From Spirochaetia bacterium (GTDB taxonomy: Bacteria > Spirochaetota > Spirochaetia > DSM-27196 > Salinispiraceae), in the NCBI GenBank assembly GCA_038204425.1, contig JBBRCZ010000009.1, positions 57,202 through 121,201 of the forward strand: DNA of 64,000 bases, given 5' to 3'. The notes under the pieces are model-generated. The model did no database searches and had not been told where the DNA came from. It worked only from the letters and a program-made list of their open reading frames with translations. Position 1 is the stretch's first letter, and the number at the start of each line of letters is the position of its first letter. Below are positions 47,301 through 57,196 of the stretch, in pieces. The translations under genes and the position numbers were made by a program.

Positions 47301-50300
47301 CAAAGTTGGTAAACGTAGTGCTTCCAACCGTTGCGATGTAGTAATACTGGCCAGTAACCATGGCAGTGGCAACTATGCTTCCTGCGCTGGATAATTGGTA
47401 CGCAACACCGGTACCCGTTCCTGCCCCTGTAGCTACAAAGATGGTGTCAACATTGTTGTTTGCTGCCCCTACCGAGGTGAAGGTTGTCGTTCCGGGTACT
47501 GCGATTCGGTAGAGACGGCCAGTAGTAAAGCTCCCGGCAGTCACTGGGACTATGATCTCTGCCCCCGCCGCATTGGGATACTTAACAGAATAGTACTTGG
47601 TTCCATTGCCGCCAGTGCTTGCAATGTTAAATGAGAGCCGATCGTTGCGCACGGTATAGCCACTTGCACTATAGTTGATCGCTGCAATCAAGCTGGTTTC
47701 GCCAGCATCGAGGGTGTCACCGTCGGCATTGAGGTCTGTGCCCAAAGTCACCCCGGTAATTATAGGTGCATTGTTCTTAACAAAGAGGGACTGAGTATAG
47801 CGTGTTGCGTTGCCTGCTTTGTCAAAGATCAGGTAGTTGAGAGTGAGAGGGCCGTCTGGTAGGTTTTGTGTATTGACTTCTGCCCACCACTCAAAAGTGT
47901 TTCCGCTTTGAGTCAAGCTTTCCAAGTAGCCATCGACGTCACCGTTTGGACCTGCGTCTGACACGCCAACTTCTGTCAAACGATCGATATTGATGCGCCA
48001 AGTGTTGTTGGGGTAGTTGATGTTTTGCAGAGTTCCACCAGCGCTCATATCTTTGACGTTAAGTACTGTTGAATTGGCAGCCAAGTTGACTGAGCTTTCG
48101 TCGGCCAAGAGATTGTAAACGCTGCCAGACTTTTCAAACCAAGTCACGACGCGGTCTATTCCTTGAACCACACCACTGCCAGCTCCGACGTCAGTCGCGC
48201 TTCCTTGCACCTTGTAGTTGGTGCCCAAGACGTCCTGCACGTTGGTATAAGCTCCAGTTGGGTGGTAGTTGTCAACCTGTACGGTAATGTAGTTGTAAGT
48301 AACAAAGGGATTGGGGTTAGAGTTATCGGTGGCCTTGAGCGAGATAGAATAGGTGCCCGATGTTTGGTCAAAGACTCCGCTGCCTATGGTTTTGGAGTTG
48401 ATTGGAATGCGTACACGGTAGCGGTAGTAACCAGATGAAAAACCAAGGTTGGTGGTAATAGCGCCATCATCGTCTATGCGGTCAAAGCCTGTTAGTGGGC
48501 CTTCTTCCAAACGCACTATTTCGGTGATACCCGATTCATCTTTGACGTCAGCCACAATGTAAAAGGTGCCGGCAACGCGAAGTCCAGTTGAATAGTTGGT
48601 TTCGTTACCGTTGTTATCTATGGCGTCTAGGTCAATCTTGACGTTTTCGATTATAGGGATGGTGTTGTCAAAGGTGATGGTTATTTCACTTGGATTGCCG
48701 TTGACGCCAGCAGTTGAACCATTTTTGGTATCCACAGCTCGCACTTGGACTTTGATGGTTCTTGTTTGTCCTGGCGTGGTGGAGTTGTATTCACCAAATT
48801 GATTAATGACATTAAACCAGTTATTGGTGCCACTAATTACATGCCAAGTTGCTTCGTTTTCAAAGACGTCGTTGGTGTCACCGTCTGGCGTCAAGGTTGG
48901 GGTACCTGTTCCGCTGTAGTTCCAGTAGTCAGCCGTGCTGTTGTACAAGCCGTCATTGTTGAGGTCTATGCGCATTTCTACACGGAAGACTGCGTCATCG
49001 TCAGTTGCAATACCGTAGACTCGAGTGGCGCCGCCGACCGTTTGGTTGTTGAGAGGCTGGTAAATTGTCAACTGAGGCAAGTCTTGGCTTGGATCCAAGT
49101 CAATATAGTAAGGTGTATCGCCGCCATCAATAATGTCACCATCGTTGTTGTTGTCACCAAAGTATTTGACGTTGCCAGCAGTATCAGTAGCACGGATGTC
49201 TAGGAACAGTCGCCAAATTCCAGAGCTAGGACTTGTTTCGTCGGCGTAGGTGATGTTGGCGTAACTGTCAATATTGGTAAACGAGTATTCCCAGTTGTAG
49301 ACACCTGCCAATGTATTCCAGGTTAGGTCCTTGCCCAAGCGCATTTGTACACTGGTGACTGCGTTAGTGTCTGAACTGGTACCCTTAACCTTAATTGCTC
49401 CGTTTACGGCAGTCCCTGAAAGCGGATCTATGACTACGATGCCGGGCCTTGTATTGTCAAAGGTAAAGTCACGCGTAAGCACGGTTGTTCGTCCTGAGCC
49501 GTCACTTGACTGGATATAGATAGTATGGGTTCCGGCCGTCAAGGCTGCGGTAGCCACAGAAGCTGACCAAGTCGCAAAGTTGTCGCCCGAACTTGCATCG
49601 ATGGTTCCCGAACTAAAGTCGCTCGAATTGAGCTTAATTTTGACCCCTGTTACGGTGTTGAGGTCGCTGGACGTACCGGTCACACTAAAGTCGAGGCGTT
49701 GGTAGCTACCAACGTTAGGCGCACTAAGCGCTAATGCAGGGTTGCTTCGGTCAATTCTAAATATTACCGATTCGCCAAGCTGACCAATGGTTCCAGTGCT
49801 GGAATTGGCAACCGGTCCGGCAACGTCGCTTGCCCGCAAGGTTATGCGGTAGCGTCCCTCAATGTTGCTAATTGGTGCTGGAACAAGGTCCTTGGTCCAG
49901 CTATAGACGGTTGCGCCAGCTGGGCTTCCAACGGTGGTCCAAGTTTGCACCATGTTCCAGGTGCTATTACTGTAGTTCCATTTTTCTAGATAGCTCTCCA
50001 AGCTAGTTGATCCAGACGCGTCGTTGACCGTGCCGACCAACTTGGGAGATGAGTCTTGCAGCACGGTAAGCCCATCGGAGCCAGCATTGTTAAAGGCAAA
50101 CGTTGGTGCTTCTTGGTCTTTGTAAACGGTGACGCTTGCACTTGTGGTTCGACTGGCTATGTCTGTTGCACGAGCTTCAATAGTATTGAGACCCAGGCTA
50201 AGTGAGGCCATGGTGATGGAACGAGTCCAGGTGCTGGTTCCGGTGGCTGCGCTCCATGCGCCACCATTAATTCGCACATCAACTGCTGTGAGGTTGGTAT

Positions 50301-53300
50301 CAAAGGCTGTGCCCGCCAGTGTAAAGGTGGCGTTGTTAACAGTATTTGTCGGCGCAGTGATGTTGATAGTCGGTGCAACTTGGTCGATGTAGTAGGTTCT
50401 AATTGAGGCACCGCTCACGTTGCCAGCCGCATCGGTCGCGCGGACTCGTACACTGCGTGCACCTTCGCCCAAGGTATTGAGGTTGAGTAGCTTGTTCCAG
50501 TTGCTGGTACCCGTGGCACTGGTCCAGATGCTGCCACCATCAGTAGAAACTTCGATCAGGCTCACCCCTGATCCGGCTCCGTCGTCGGCGGTTCCCGTCA
50601 ATGAATAGGCAGATCCCACCAATACCGCGCCGTTGGAAGCTGGGTCAGTGATACTTACCGTTGGTGCATTGAGGTCAATTCTTACTTGTCGCGTGTAGTT
50701 GGTTACGTTGCCGGCCGCATCAGTGATTATAATCTCATAGTTAAATGTGCCGTCCACCAAGCCGCCATTGGGCAGACTGGCAACGCTCCAAGCCAAGGAT
50801 GTTCCTGGCGGACTGTAAGTAACCGTCTGATTTACCGTGTTCTGCTTGACCACAACTGACGAAACGCTGTTGCTGTCTGTCGCCGTGCCCGAAAGTGTAA
50901 ACAATAGTTTGGCACTAGCGCTGGCACTTGCTGCGCTGCTGGATGCAAAAATCGTGCTTGCGCCTGAATCTACGGCGGCAATCGAACTTGCCGGGGCTGT
51001 TTGATCCACACCAAAGCTACGTTGCAAGGCGGTAGAAGTGTTTCCCGCTACGTCACTTGCCCTAATCCACAAGTTTTTGTTGCCTTCGCCAAGGGTGGCA
51101 AGATTAAGAATCACCGACCAGTTGCTGGTATTGGATGCAGCGGCCCAGGTTCCATCGACACCATTGGTGCTGTTGATTGAATATTCTACTAAGGCCACAC
51201 CATTGGCGTCACTTGCAGTCCCAAGCGCCGTTAAGGTCGCGCCTGATACCCAGGATGCTGCCGCAGGTGTGGTAACTGCGGTTAGAGGTGCTGTCTTGTC
51301 AACGGTAAAGCTAAACGGCAGGGTTGTGCTTTTGCCAAACAAGTCAGTAGCAGTAACGGTCCATTCTTTGAGACCCTCGCTCAAGGCTGCCACGTTAACA
51401 CTAGTCGACCAAGCTCCTGCTGCTAGCGCAGGATTGGCAACTAATGCGTCAGCGGCGTCTTTGATGGTAACAACGTTGCCGGTCAAGCCGTTGGCATCAC
51501 TTGCGGTGCCCGAGAGCGTAAAGTTGACCCGTTGTAGACTGCCAGAACTTTGGGTAACAGCCAGCGCTGGTGCAAACTTGTCAATCGCAAAATAGACTGG
51601 GCCAATTGTTTTACTCACGGCCGGTTTGCCTGCCTTGTTGGCTGCCAAGTCGCTGGCTCGCAGGTAGAACTTCATCACGTCCTGAGGCGTGCTGCTCAGC
51701 GACTGCTCAAAACTTACTGATTTGCCATTGGCGCCAGCGTTGGAAACAGCCACCCAGTTGATGTCATCGGGGTCGGTAAAGTCGCCATCGTCATTAGCGT
51801 CGAGTCTTATCTCTATTGTGGAGGCGTTAAGCATGTCATCGTCGGTGATTACCCCTTGAATTTTGGGGTTTGATTCCAAAAGGTTAGTGGTGGAGTTAAC
51901 GGCACCAGCTGTGGCAATCAATGCATTTAGATTGCTAATGCTTATTGCAGGATCATCCGAGGCCTGATTTACCGCCAAAGTCTGATTGATAGTGCTTTCA
52001 TTGCCGGCTTTATCCTGGGTCTTGACCCACAAGGTGTAATTTTGGCCGTCAGTAAGCGTTGTGGTATCCAAGCTCGCCAAATAAGGGGCAGAACTTAGCG
52101 TTGTGTGGCCTGCGTCTGCCCAAGCTGGAGCAGGGTTAGCGGCAGGCAAAACCCAATAACGAACTTCACTAAGGCCATTAGCGTCAGAGGCAGACGCAGT
52201 AAAACTTATCACGCCATTGACTTGGTTGGCAGCTACAATTGGTCCTATTGCCGCCATTTCCAAAACCGGTGGTGTGGTGTCGTAAGTAACGGTTCTAGAA
52301 AGAACTGACTGCCTGCCAGCGCGGTCAACCACCGTGATGGTAAACTCATAGATGCCGGACGGACTTGCTTCTATCACAGCGGTGTTAGCAGGGTCACGAG
52401 GAAAATTGCTTAAGAGTAGGTTGACGTTGCTATCACTTGCGCCTGACAGATTGAGCCCGTGAACAACGGCCGCTTGAGCACCGCTATTCTTCTTCTGGCT
52501 TAGCGAGACACTGGCGATGTCTAAGTTGTCAGTTAGATCTGCGCCGAGACTAAAGCTGGTGCGGGCAAAACTTGCACTTGTTGCTGGGAGCGGGTTGCTA
52601 AAACCAGGCACTTGGTCGTCAACAAAGAAGTAGACTGGACCAAATGTCAGCGTCTCCACCGGGTCGCCTGCTTTAGAAGCCAGCAGGTCTGAGGCCTGAA
52701 TATTAAAGTATTGCACACCGCTTAAGGCGCTAAAGCTGTGAGAAAAGGCAACCGTGGTATTGTTGCTTGCCGGTTGGCCACTCACCGCTGCGTAGGCGCC
52801 ACCGTTGATTGAAATTCTGATGCTGGTGCGGTCAACCATGTCGTCGTCGACCACGGATCCAGTAAGTGTTGGCGAATTGCTAAACAAGTTGTTAAAGGCA
52901 GCAGGTGCAGTGTTGTGACTCGAGTCCATTGTGGCAAGGTTAACGCTCGGCGTATCCGAAGCCTGATTGATGGTGAGATCGTAGCTCACAGCCAACGACT
53001 GGTTGCCGGCCTTGTCTCGCGCCAGAGTCCAAAGTTTAAATGCACCGTTAGCGTGAGCCGCATTTGCTGTGTCAAAACTTGGCATAGAAAAGGGACCACT
53101 GCTCCACTCGCCGAGGTAGCCGTCGTTGATGCTGGCTCCCACGGGGACAGCAACTGCCGACCAAGCAGGGGCGGCCGAAGCGCTCGGCCTAATCCAGCGG
53201 CGCACTTTGTCGATGCCACTTATGTCGTTGGCTGCGATACTAATAGAGATAAAACCATTGACTGTATTGCTGCCAATCAGCGGTGCAACATTGGCAAAAG

Positions 53301-55086
53301 AAACCAAAGGCAAAGCTGTGTCATAGTTGGTAGAACGATAGAGCTTAGTGGTCTTTCCTCCACTTGATGTTAAGGTGATCTCATAGTTGTAAAAACCGTT
53401 AGGACGGGCGCCAAATGGCATGTCAGCAGAAGTCCAACTTGGGTTGGTCCCTACAAGTCCGGTGATGGTTTGTACCAAGCTTAGGGCACCGCTGTTAAAT
53501 GATTCTCTAATTTCTATCTTATTGATACCCGATTGGTCGGTGGCGACACCATCTAATTGGAAAGGCGCATTGCGGTAAAGACTTGAGGATAGTGTAGGAT
53601 CAAGCTCAGTTTCGGTGAGCGTTGGCACGCCACTGTCGATCATAAACTCAACCACGTTATCTACCGTTAGGGTCGCGTCCACATCGGTTTTTGCGCTCAG
53701 TTTTACTTGATACTGTCCAAAGACAAAGGGGCTTGAGGGCAAATAATACGTAAAGCTAACCGTGTCGCCTTCTGCACCTAACTGACGCAGCTTTACGCCG
53801 TCTGAGTCGTCATTACCTGGGTTTGGATCGCCAACGATTACGAGCACTACGTCGGCACTTGCCCAATCAGTATCGGCCTTTCTTACCTCCATCCTTATAT
53901 TATCGAGGTCTATCGCAGCACCACTGCCGACTGGTGGGCTAATGATACCAACCAAGACGGAGTTTTCTGGCAAGAGGTTTTGATTTGCCGGATTAGACCG
54001 GTCGATGTTGTTAAAATTAAAGGAAATACTTGCATCTTCATCAAAAACAAAGTCACCAAAGTTGTAAAAGTCTATCTCTGGAGTGCCACTTGGATTGGGG
54101 TCAAAAGGTCGGTTGTCGGGGGTGTCGGGAATATCGTTGGCAACTACTGGCACCGCGGTGTTGCCGCGTCTTATCGCCGTTAGGTCAGCTGCTGTTATAC
54201 CCGAAGTCTCGGTGCCACGTTGATCCAAGCGCCCAATATCATCAATTATCGGAAATCGGGTACCCGCTGGCATGACAGTCAATATTCCCGAACGATGAAA
54301 ATAGTAACTGTTTTGGTTACCAGCCTTGTCAATAACACGAACATTATAGAAATAGCGCGTGTCGTCACTCAAACCAGCAATGGTGTTGCCATTGTCGTCC
54401 TTGAGGTCAAAGCTAGCCAACCAAGTTGCTGTTCCTTCTGCTTCTTTGGCCGCAAAAAGTAAACTGCCGTCAGCTTTTACAAGACTCACCAAAACGCTGG
54501 TGATTGGTGACGCATCATATACCTCGCCTTTGAGAACCACGCTGTCAGTAAAAGTTGGTCTACTCGCTCCCATAGTTAAGGGAGATGTAACCAAAACAGT
54601 CGGTGACTTGTTGTCAATATATACGGTGAGATTGGTTTCTATTGATTTCCCCGAGGCGTCTAAAACGGCGATAGTAAACTGGCGCTCACCATCGCTGACT
54701 GAGTTTTCGTAGTTGCTTTGGCCACTTGCAATGCCAGAAGGTACGGTAATTGTCCAACGACCTTCCGAGACTGTGGCGTCTCTGGTGATGGTGCTGCCTG
54801 CAGCGTTCTGGTAAGTCACCTTAACGGCACTAACGCCTCGGTCGTCACTGGCAGCACCAGCCAGCACAATATCGCCGTTTAGGTAGGGTATAGAGTTGTC
54901 AGAGCTTAGGCCATCGACACTAACCACCGGCGGCGTAATGTCTACTTTGGCGCCAAGGCCAGGGTTAAAAAGTTCGCAAGAATAGTTAAACAGTCCCACA
55001 AACAGGGCCAAGCCAAGAACTATCGTGCGGCCATAGTACTTTTGGATCGTATAGTTTCTATGACCTGATTTTTGGTAATTGTCCAT
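44368..55086 (-). CDS. Giant surface lipoprotein with many bacterial Ig-like (Big) repeats, 3572 aa
   Basis: AAGGAAGG RBS and lipobox FNYSC followed by GLGAKVD..PP. Many ~100-aa repeats (GTA.D..GV..V...; A.D.AGN; D...P). The C-terminus has propeller-like repeats (G.Y.AI.VD.NG.P.IAYYD). Confidence 0.9.
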   Translation of the reverse strand: MDNYQKSGHRNYTIQKYYGRTIVLGLALFVGLFNYSCELFNPGLGAKVDITPPVVSVDGLSSDNSIPYLNGDIVLAGAASDDRGVSAVKVTYQNAAGSTITRDATVSEGRWTITVPSGIASGQSNYENSVSDGERQFTIAVLDASGKSIETNLTVYIDNKSPTVLVTSPLTMGASRPTFTDSVVLKGEVYDASPITSVLVSLVKADGSLLFAAKEAEGTATWLASFDLKDDNGNTIAGLSDDTRYFYNVRVIDKAGNQNSYYFHRSGILTVMPAGTRFPIIDDIGRLDQRGTETSGITAADLTAIRRGNTAVPVVANDIPDTPDNRPFDPNPSGTPEIDFYNFGDFVFDEDASISFNFNNIDRSNPANQNLLPENSVLVGIISPPVGSGAAIDLDNIRMEVRKADTDWASADVVLVIVGDPNPGNDDSDGVKLRQLGAEGDTVSFTYYLPSSPFVFGQYQVKLSAKTDVDATLTVDNVVEFMIDSGVPTLTETELDPTLSSSLYRNAPFQLDGVATDQSGINKIEIRESFNSGALSLVQTITGLVGTNPSWTSADMPFGARPNGFYNYEITLTSSGGKTTKLYRSTNYDTALPLVSFANVAPLIGSNTVNGFISISIAANDISGIDKVRRWIRPSASAAPAWSAVAVPVGASINDGYLGEWSSGPFSMPSFDTANAAHANGAFKLWTLARDKAGNQSLAVSYDLTINQASDTPSVNLATMDSSHNTAPAAFNNLFSNSPTLTGSVVDDDMVDRTSIRISINGGAYAAVSGQPASNNTTVAFSHSFSALSGVQYFNIQASDLLASKAGDPVETLTFGPVYFFVDDQVPGFSNPLPATSASFARTSFSLGADLTDNLDIASVSLSQKKNSGAQAAVVHGLNLSGASDSNVNLLLSNFPRDPANTAVIEASPSGIYEFTITVVDRAGRQSVLSRTVTYDTTPPVLEMAAIGPIVAANQVNGVISFTASASDANGLSEVRYWVLPAANPAPAWADAGHTTLSSAPYLASLDTTTLTDGQNYTLWVKTQDKAGNESTINQTLAVNQASDDPAISISNLNALIATAGAVNSTTNLLESNPKIQGVITDDDMLNASTIEIRLDANDDGDFTDPDDINWVAVSNAGANGKSVSFEQSLSSTPQDVMKFYLRASDLAANKAGKPAVSKTIGPVYFAIDKFAPALAVTQSSGSLQRVNFTLSGTASDANGLTGNVVTIKDAADALVANPALAAGAWSTSVNVAALSEGLKEWTVTATDLFGKSTTLPFSFTVDKTAPLTAVTTPAAASWVSGATLTALGTASDANGVALVEYSINSTNGVDGTWAAASNTSNWSVILNLATLGEGNKNLWIRASDVAGNTSTALQRSFGVDQTAPASSIAAVDSGASTIFASSSAASASASAKLLFTLSGTATDSNSVSSVVVKQNTVNQTVTYSPPGTSLAWSVASLPNGGLVDGTFNYEIIITDAAGNVTNYTRQVRIDLNAPTVSITDPASNGAVLVGSAYSLTGTADDGAGSGVSLIEVSTDGGSIWTSATGTSNWNKLLNLNTLGEGARSVRVRATDAAGNVSGASIRTYYIDQVAPTINITAPTNTVNNATFTLAGTAFDTNLTAVDVRINGGAWSAATGTSTWTRSITMASLSLGLNTIEARATDIASRTTSASVTVYKDQEAPTFAFNNAGSDGLTVLQDSSPKLVGTVNDASGSTSLESYLEKWNYSNSTWNMVQTWTTVGSPAGATVYSWTKDLVPAPISNIEGRYRITLRASDVAGPVANSSTGTIGQLGESVIFRIDRSNPALALSAPNVGSYQRLDFSVTGTSSDLNTVTGVKIKLNSSDFSSGTIDASSGDNFATWSASVATAALTAGTHTIYIQSSDGSGRTTVLTRDFTFDNTRPGIVVIDPLSGTAVNGAIKVKGTSSDTNAVTSVQMRLGKDLTWNTLAGVYNWEYSFTNIDSYANITYADETSPSSGIWRLFLDIRATDTAGNVKYFGDNNNDGDIIDGGDTPYYIDLDPSQDLPQLTIYQPLNNQTVGGATRVYGIATDDDAVFRVEMRIDLNNDGLYNSTADYWNYSGTGTPTLTPDGDTNDVFENEATWHVISGTNNWFNVINQFGEYNSTTPGQTRTIKVQVRAVDTKNGSTAGVNGNPSEITITFDNTIPIIENVKIDLDAIDNNGNETNYSTGLRVAGTFYIVADVKDESGITEIVRLEEGPLTGFDRIDDDGAITTNLGFSSGYYRYRVRIPINSKTIGSGVFDQTSGTYSISLKATDNSNPNPFVTYNYITVQVDNYHPTGAYTNVQDVLGTNYKVQGSATDVGAGSGVVQGIDRVVTWFEKSGSVYNLLADESSVNLAANSTVLNVKDMSAGGTLQNINYPNNTWRINIDRLTEVGVSDAGPNGDVDGYLESLTQSGNTFEWWAEVNTQNLPDGPLTLNYLIFDKAGNATRYTQSLFVKNNAPIITGVTLGTDLNADGDTLDAGETSLIAAINYSASGYTVRNDRLSFNIASTGGNGTKYYSVKYPNAAGAEIIVPVTAGSFTTGRLYRIAVPGTTTFTSVGAANNNVDTIFVATGAGTGTGVAYQLSSAGSIVATAMVTGQYYYIATVGSTTFTNFGASSNTSGTLFTANATGTGTGTVIRINSLPSASSGTVLLTNFSAPASIPDGGINSTAFYIRVYDSTPGTTPGIDSLQSSLTINLTADNVDNTTPTLSIAPFGQTWSGGNSNASKSLLGVSAYNNNIKMSGSNRLGHVEYAADSLYNGTDADISGEVIMKGRVWDDQRIQKITAQIAGFDPDGGGAAIAGSEFDLYTFIGGALTGTGWTMALDGDSAAEGSNGFLTQSNGNVLNWNFTWNTALISNGASANLVVNIKVYDFGSNTATTTETVDVVPYITGIVRTSLNTNRTKYGAYPLSRSETGVVVSGYNLLSSSIQSANNWIRVYNTSGVTWDNGAGDANGSFTNAQITGASTARTGLTLALPATLKTGYLRFNVNSVTDGNRVNNNTLSYNKEDDGSGLGSTLWSDDRYLWLWTVDQGFNTSDGAEYPSMSMLANGTLYGSWITYASSQLWLGTTGAGPTLQWGIFDPPEYSDLAIDTSEGGTLKYSIAFAANHFGGSGWGTSPIAPNSGGFVGVRTPNSPNIANGYANALAYPIESLNVDQQLWQFQRPKTVRYNVGTDAQDIIHTAYYDVKSKSLKYSMMNDDAEAMLKGYLVIDGGTDANDTDVGTVLSAIAVRGSQLTATVAGWIANGAIGVGDMIALRNGTLVSYKVLTAWNSGTGLMTWTGNVATSYTSVQIITNGSGSLGVVSTGLASSTSTGSYLAIDVDENGLPVIAYYDTPSQTLRLAVANKSNPIAAADWTRQSVFDAGDSLKQFSGQYVTIKFDQNGGLHLACFRSSTGDFVYLFAPDADSGNPYTFDAAVAVDTAGSVGAWADISLQGLVPHLSYLNSTMIGTSDGIKYASWKLVTANPQTSSNTTSVTASSLVGTTAVAANQVVVFSDGQTRSISSFNSGSGTINWVSALGSSPTGTFKVVDPSVWDNQIAPASGSYAVTDQRTSIETRRSTGTAWTATWGDIAIGYRSGRFELMYLQSEP

Positions 55087-55334
55087 TCTGACCTTCCTTA
55101 TTCCGGTTCGCCCTGACCGCGTTGACGTTTTTTACCTGACAACAAAACTAGCTTACTAAAATTGTAAGCCACAGTCTCAAGAGTTACCAATAGCACTAAT
55201 TTGTCGTATTTCCAGTCTTTTGTGAAAGAATGCCTACGAATACGTTGTTTGCGGCCAAAGCTTGCACGCTGCTGGTCCACAGCATTAGAATAGAATGGTT
55301 TAGCAAAGCAGTTTCAAAAATTGAGGAGAGTCAA

Positions 55335-56276
55335 ATGGATGTTTTGTGGTTGGGATTGGCGGCTCTGGCACTGTTTATTTTTTTTCGCATGGTCAAAGTA
55401 GTGCCAGAGTCAAATGCAATGGTTATTGAAGAACTGGGTAAGTATAAAAAGACGCTTGGGCCTGGCTTGCACTTAATTATTCCATTTATTCAGAAGGTTG
55501 CCTATCGACACTGTTACAAAGAGGAAGTGCTTAATGTTCATCCTCAGGTTTGTATTACTCAAGACAATGTGCAGGTTACCGTTGACGGAATCCTCTACTT
55601 TAAGGTTATCGATCCTTATCGAGCGAGCTACGGCATCGAAAACTACCGCTACGCTACCATTCAATTGGCACAGACCACCATGCGCTCTGAGGTAGGCAAG
55701 ATTGTTCTTGACAAGACTTTTTCTGAGCGCGAAACAATTAACAACTCAGTGGTCAAAAGCATTGATATTGCCAGCGAGCCATGGGGCATCAAAGTTACTC
55801 GCTACGAAATACGCGATATCGAACCAAGCGCGTCGGTAATTGATGCGCTGGAGCAACAAATGGAAGCCGAGCGACGCAAGCGGGCAGAAATCTTGGCTTC
55901 AGAAGGAATTAAAGAAAGTCGCATCAATAGTTCTAAGGGTGAACGGGAAGAAGCGATCAATCTGTCTCGTGGAGAACGCCAAAAACGAATCAACGAAGCT
56001 GATGGTCTCGCAAGCAGTATGGAGATAATTGCGGAAGCTACGGCTCAAGGCATTGGCATGATTGCCGAGGCTATCCGGTCTCCTAACGGTCGGACCGCAC
56101 TGTCTCTGCAGATGGCCGACCGCTATATCAGCAATCTCGGCCAGATTCTCAAAGGCGCTGAGGTTTCAGTCGTGCCCCTTGAGGTGGCTAACATTCAAGC
56201 GTTTTTGGGATCGGTAGTACCTGGTCTGATGGGTCTTAATGGTGCTGGTACGGCAGAAGGAGTGGACAAGCGATGA
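55335..56276 (+). CDS. SPFH/stomatin-like (band 7) protein
   Basis: VIEELGKY..TL.PG.H..IPF, ITQDNV.V.VDG.LY, LAQTTMRS..G, WG.KV.RYEI and QM.AER.KRA. Start at 55335 after GAGGAG. Confidence 0.93.
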   Translation: MDVLWLGLAALALFIFFRMVKVVPESNAMVIEELGKYKKTLGPGLHLIIPFIQKVAYRHCYKEEVLNVHPQVCITQDNVQVTVDGILYFKVIDPYRASYGIENYRYATIQLAQTTMRSEVGKIVLDKTFSERETINNSVVKSIDIASEPWGIKVTRYEIRDIEPSASVIDALEQQMEAERRKRAEILASEGIKESRINSSKGEREEAINLSRGERQKRINEADGLASSMEIIAEATAQGIGMIAEAIRSPNGRTALSLQMADRYISNLGQILKGAEVSVVPLEVANIQAFLGSVVPGLMGLNGAGTAEGVDKR

Positions 56277-57196
56277 TGGAATACATAGTTTTTGGATCTT
56301 TGGGTCTCTTGGCGCTAATTTTTGTGGTTTCAATTTTGCGCAGCATTAGGGTTGTACCAGCTCGTTCCACGCTGGTGGTCGAACGACTTGGCAAGTACAA
56401 TAGCACTTTGGAGGCTGGGTTTCACCTGCTAGTGCCTTTTTTGGACCAGGTTGCTTATCGGCATAGTCTCAAGGAAATAGCCTTAGACGTTCCTGATCAA
56501 ACCTGTTTTACCGAGGACAATGTCAAAATTCGTATTGGCGGTGTGCTCTATTTTGCCGTCAAAGACCCAAAGAAGGCGAGCTACGGCAGCATCGACTATC
56601 GTTACGCTATTATTCAGCTCGCACAAACCACTATGCGTTCGGTTATTGGGCTGTTGGAACTGGACCGAACTTTTGAAGAGCGCGAACACATCAACGCCAA
56701 GATAGTACAAGTATTAGACGAAGCCACCGAAGGTTGGGGTGTCAAAGTTACCCGTTATGAAATCCAAAATATCACCGTTCCCGACACCATTTTGAAGACG
56801 ATGGAACTACAGGTAAAGGCAGAACGCGACAAACGCGCGGCAATTGCAAAGTCTCTTGGCGAAATGAACAGCCGCATCAACTATTCGATTGGTGTTATGG
56901 AAGAGTCGATCAATAAATCTGAAGGCGAAAAACAAAAGCGCATAAACGAGGCAGAAGGCAAGGCCGCTGAAATTTTGGCGCTTTCCAAAGCGACAGCGAT
57001 CAGCATTGATAAAGTCGCCAAAGCGCTCAGTGTAGAAGGTGGCGAAGAAGCGGTAAGTCTGCAAGTTACCGAGCGTTACCTCGATCAACTTGCAACCCTA
57101 ACTGGCAAAAACAACAAGATAATCCTGGCTATGGATTTGTCAGACCTCGGAAGCGTGACCAAGCTTGCCCGTCAAGCTCTACATCTCAAGCTATAG
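56273..57196 (+). CDS. SPFH/stomatin-like (band 7) protein, second paralog
   Basis: Same motifs (VVERLGKY, LAQTTMRSVIG, WGVKVTRYEI, AER.KRA). Overlaps the stop of the first paralog. Confidence 0.93.
   Translation: MMEYIVFGSLGLLALIFVVSILRSIRVVPARSTLVVERLGKYNSTLEAGFHLLVPFLDQVAYRHSLKEIALDVPDQTCFTEDNVKIRIGGVLYFAVKDPKKASYGSIDYRYAIIQLAQTTMRSVIGLLELDRTFEEREHINAKIVQVLDEATEGWGVKVTRYEIQNITVPDTILKTMELQVKAERDKRAAIAKSLGEMNSRINYSIGVMEESINKSEGEKQKRINEAEGKAAEILALSKATAISIDKVAKALSVEGGEEAVSLQVTERYLDQLATLTGKNNKIILAMDLSDLGSVTKLARQALHLKL

Noticed and set aside
44836..54712. Numerous plus-strand ORFs opposite the giant lipoprotein
   Set aside because: Antisense shadows arising from codon bias, with no RBS or domain evidence.
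44368..55086. Possible DGR target, RTX toxin or RHS/polymorphic toxin
   Set aside because: No reverse transcriptase or TR/VR pair, no GGxGxD nonapeptide arrays, no YD/RHS repeats and no adjacent immunity gene are visible.
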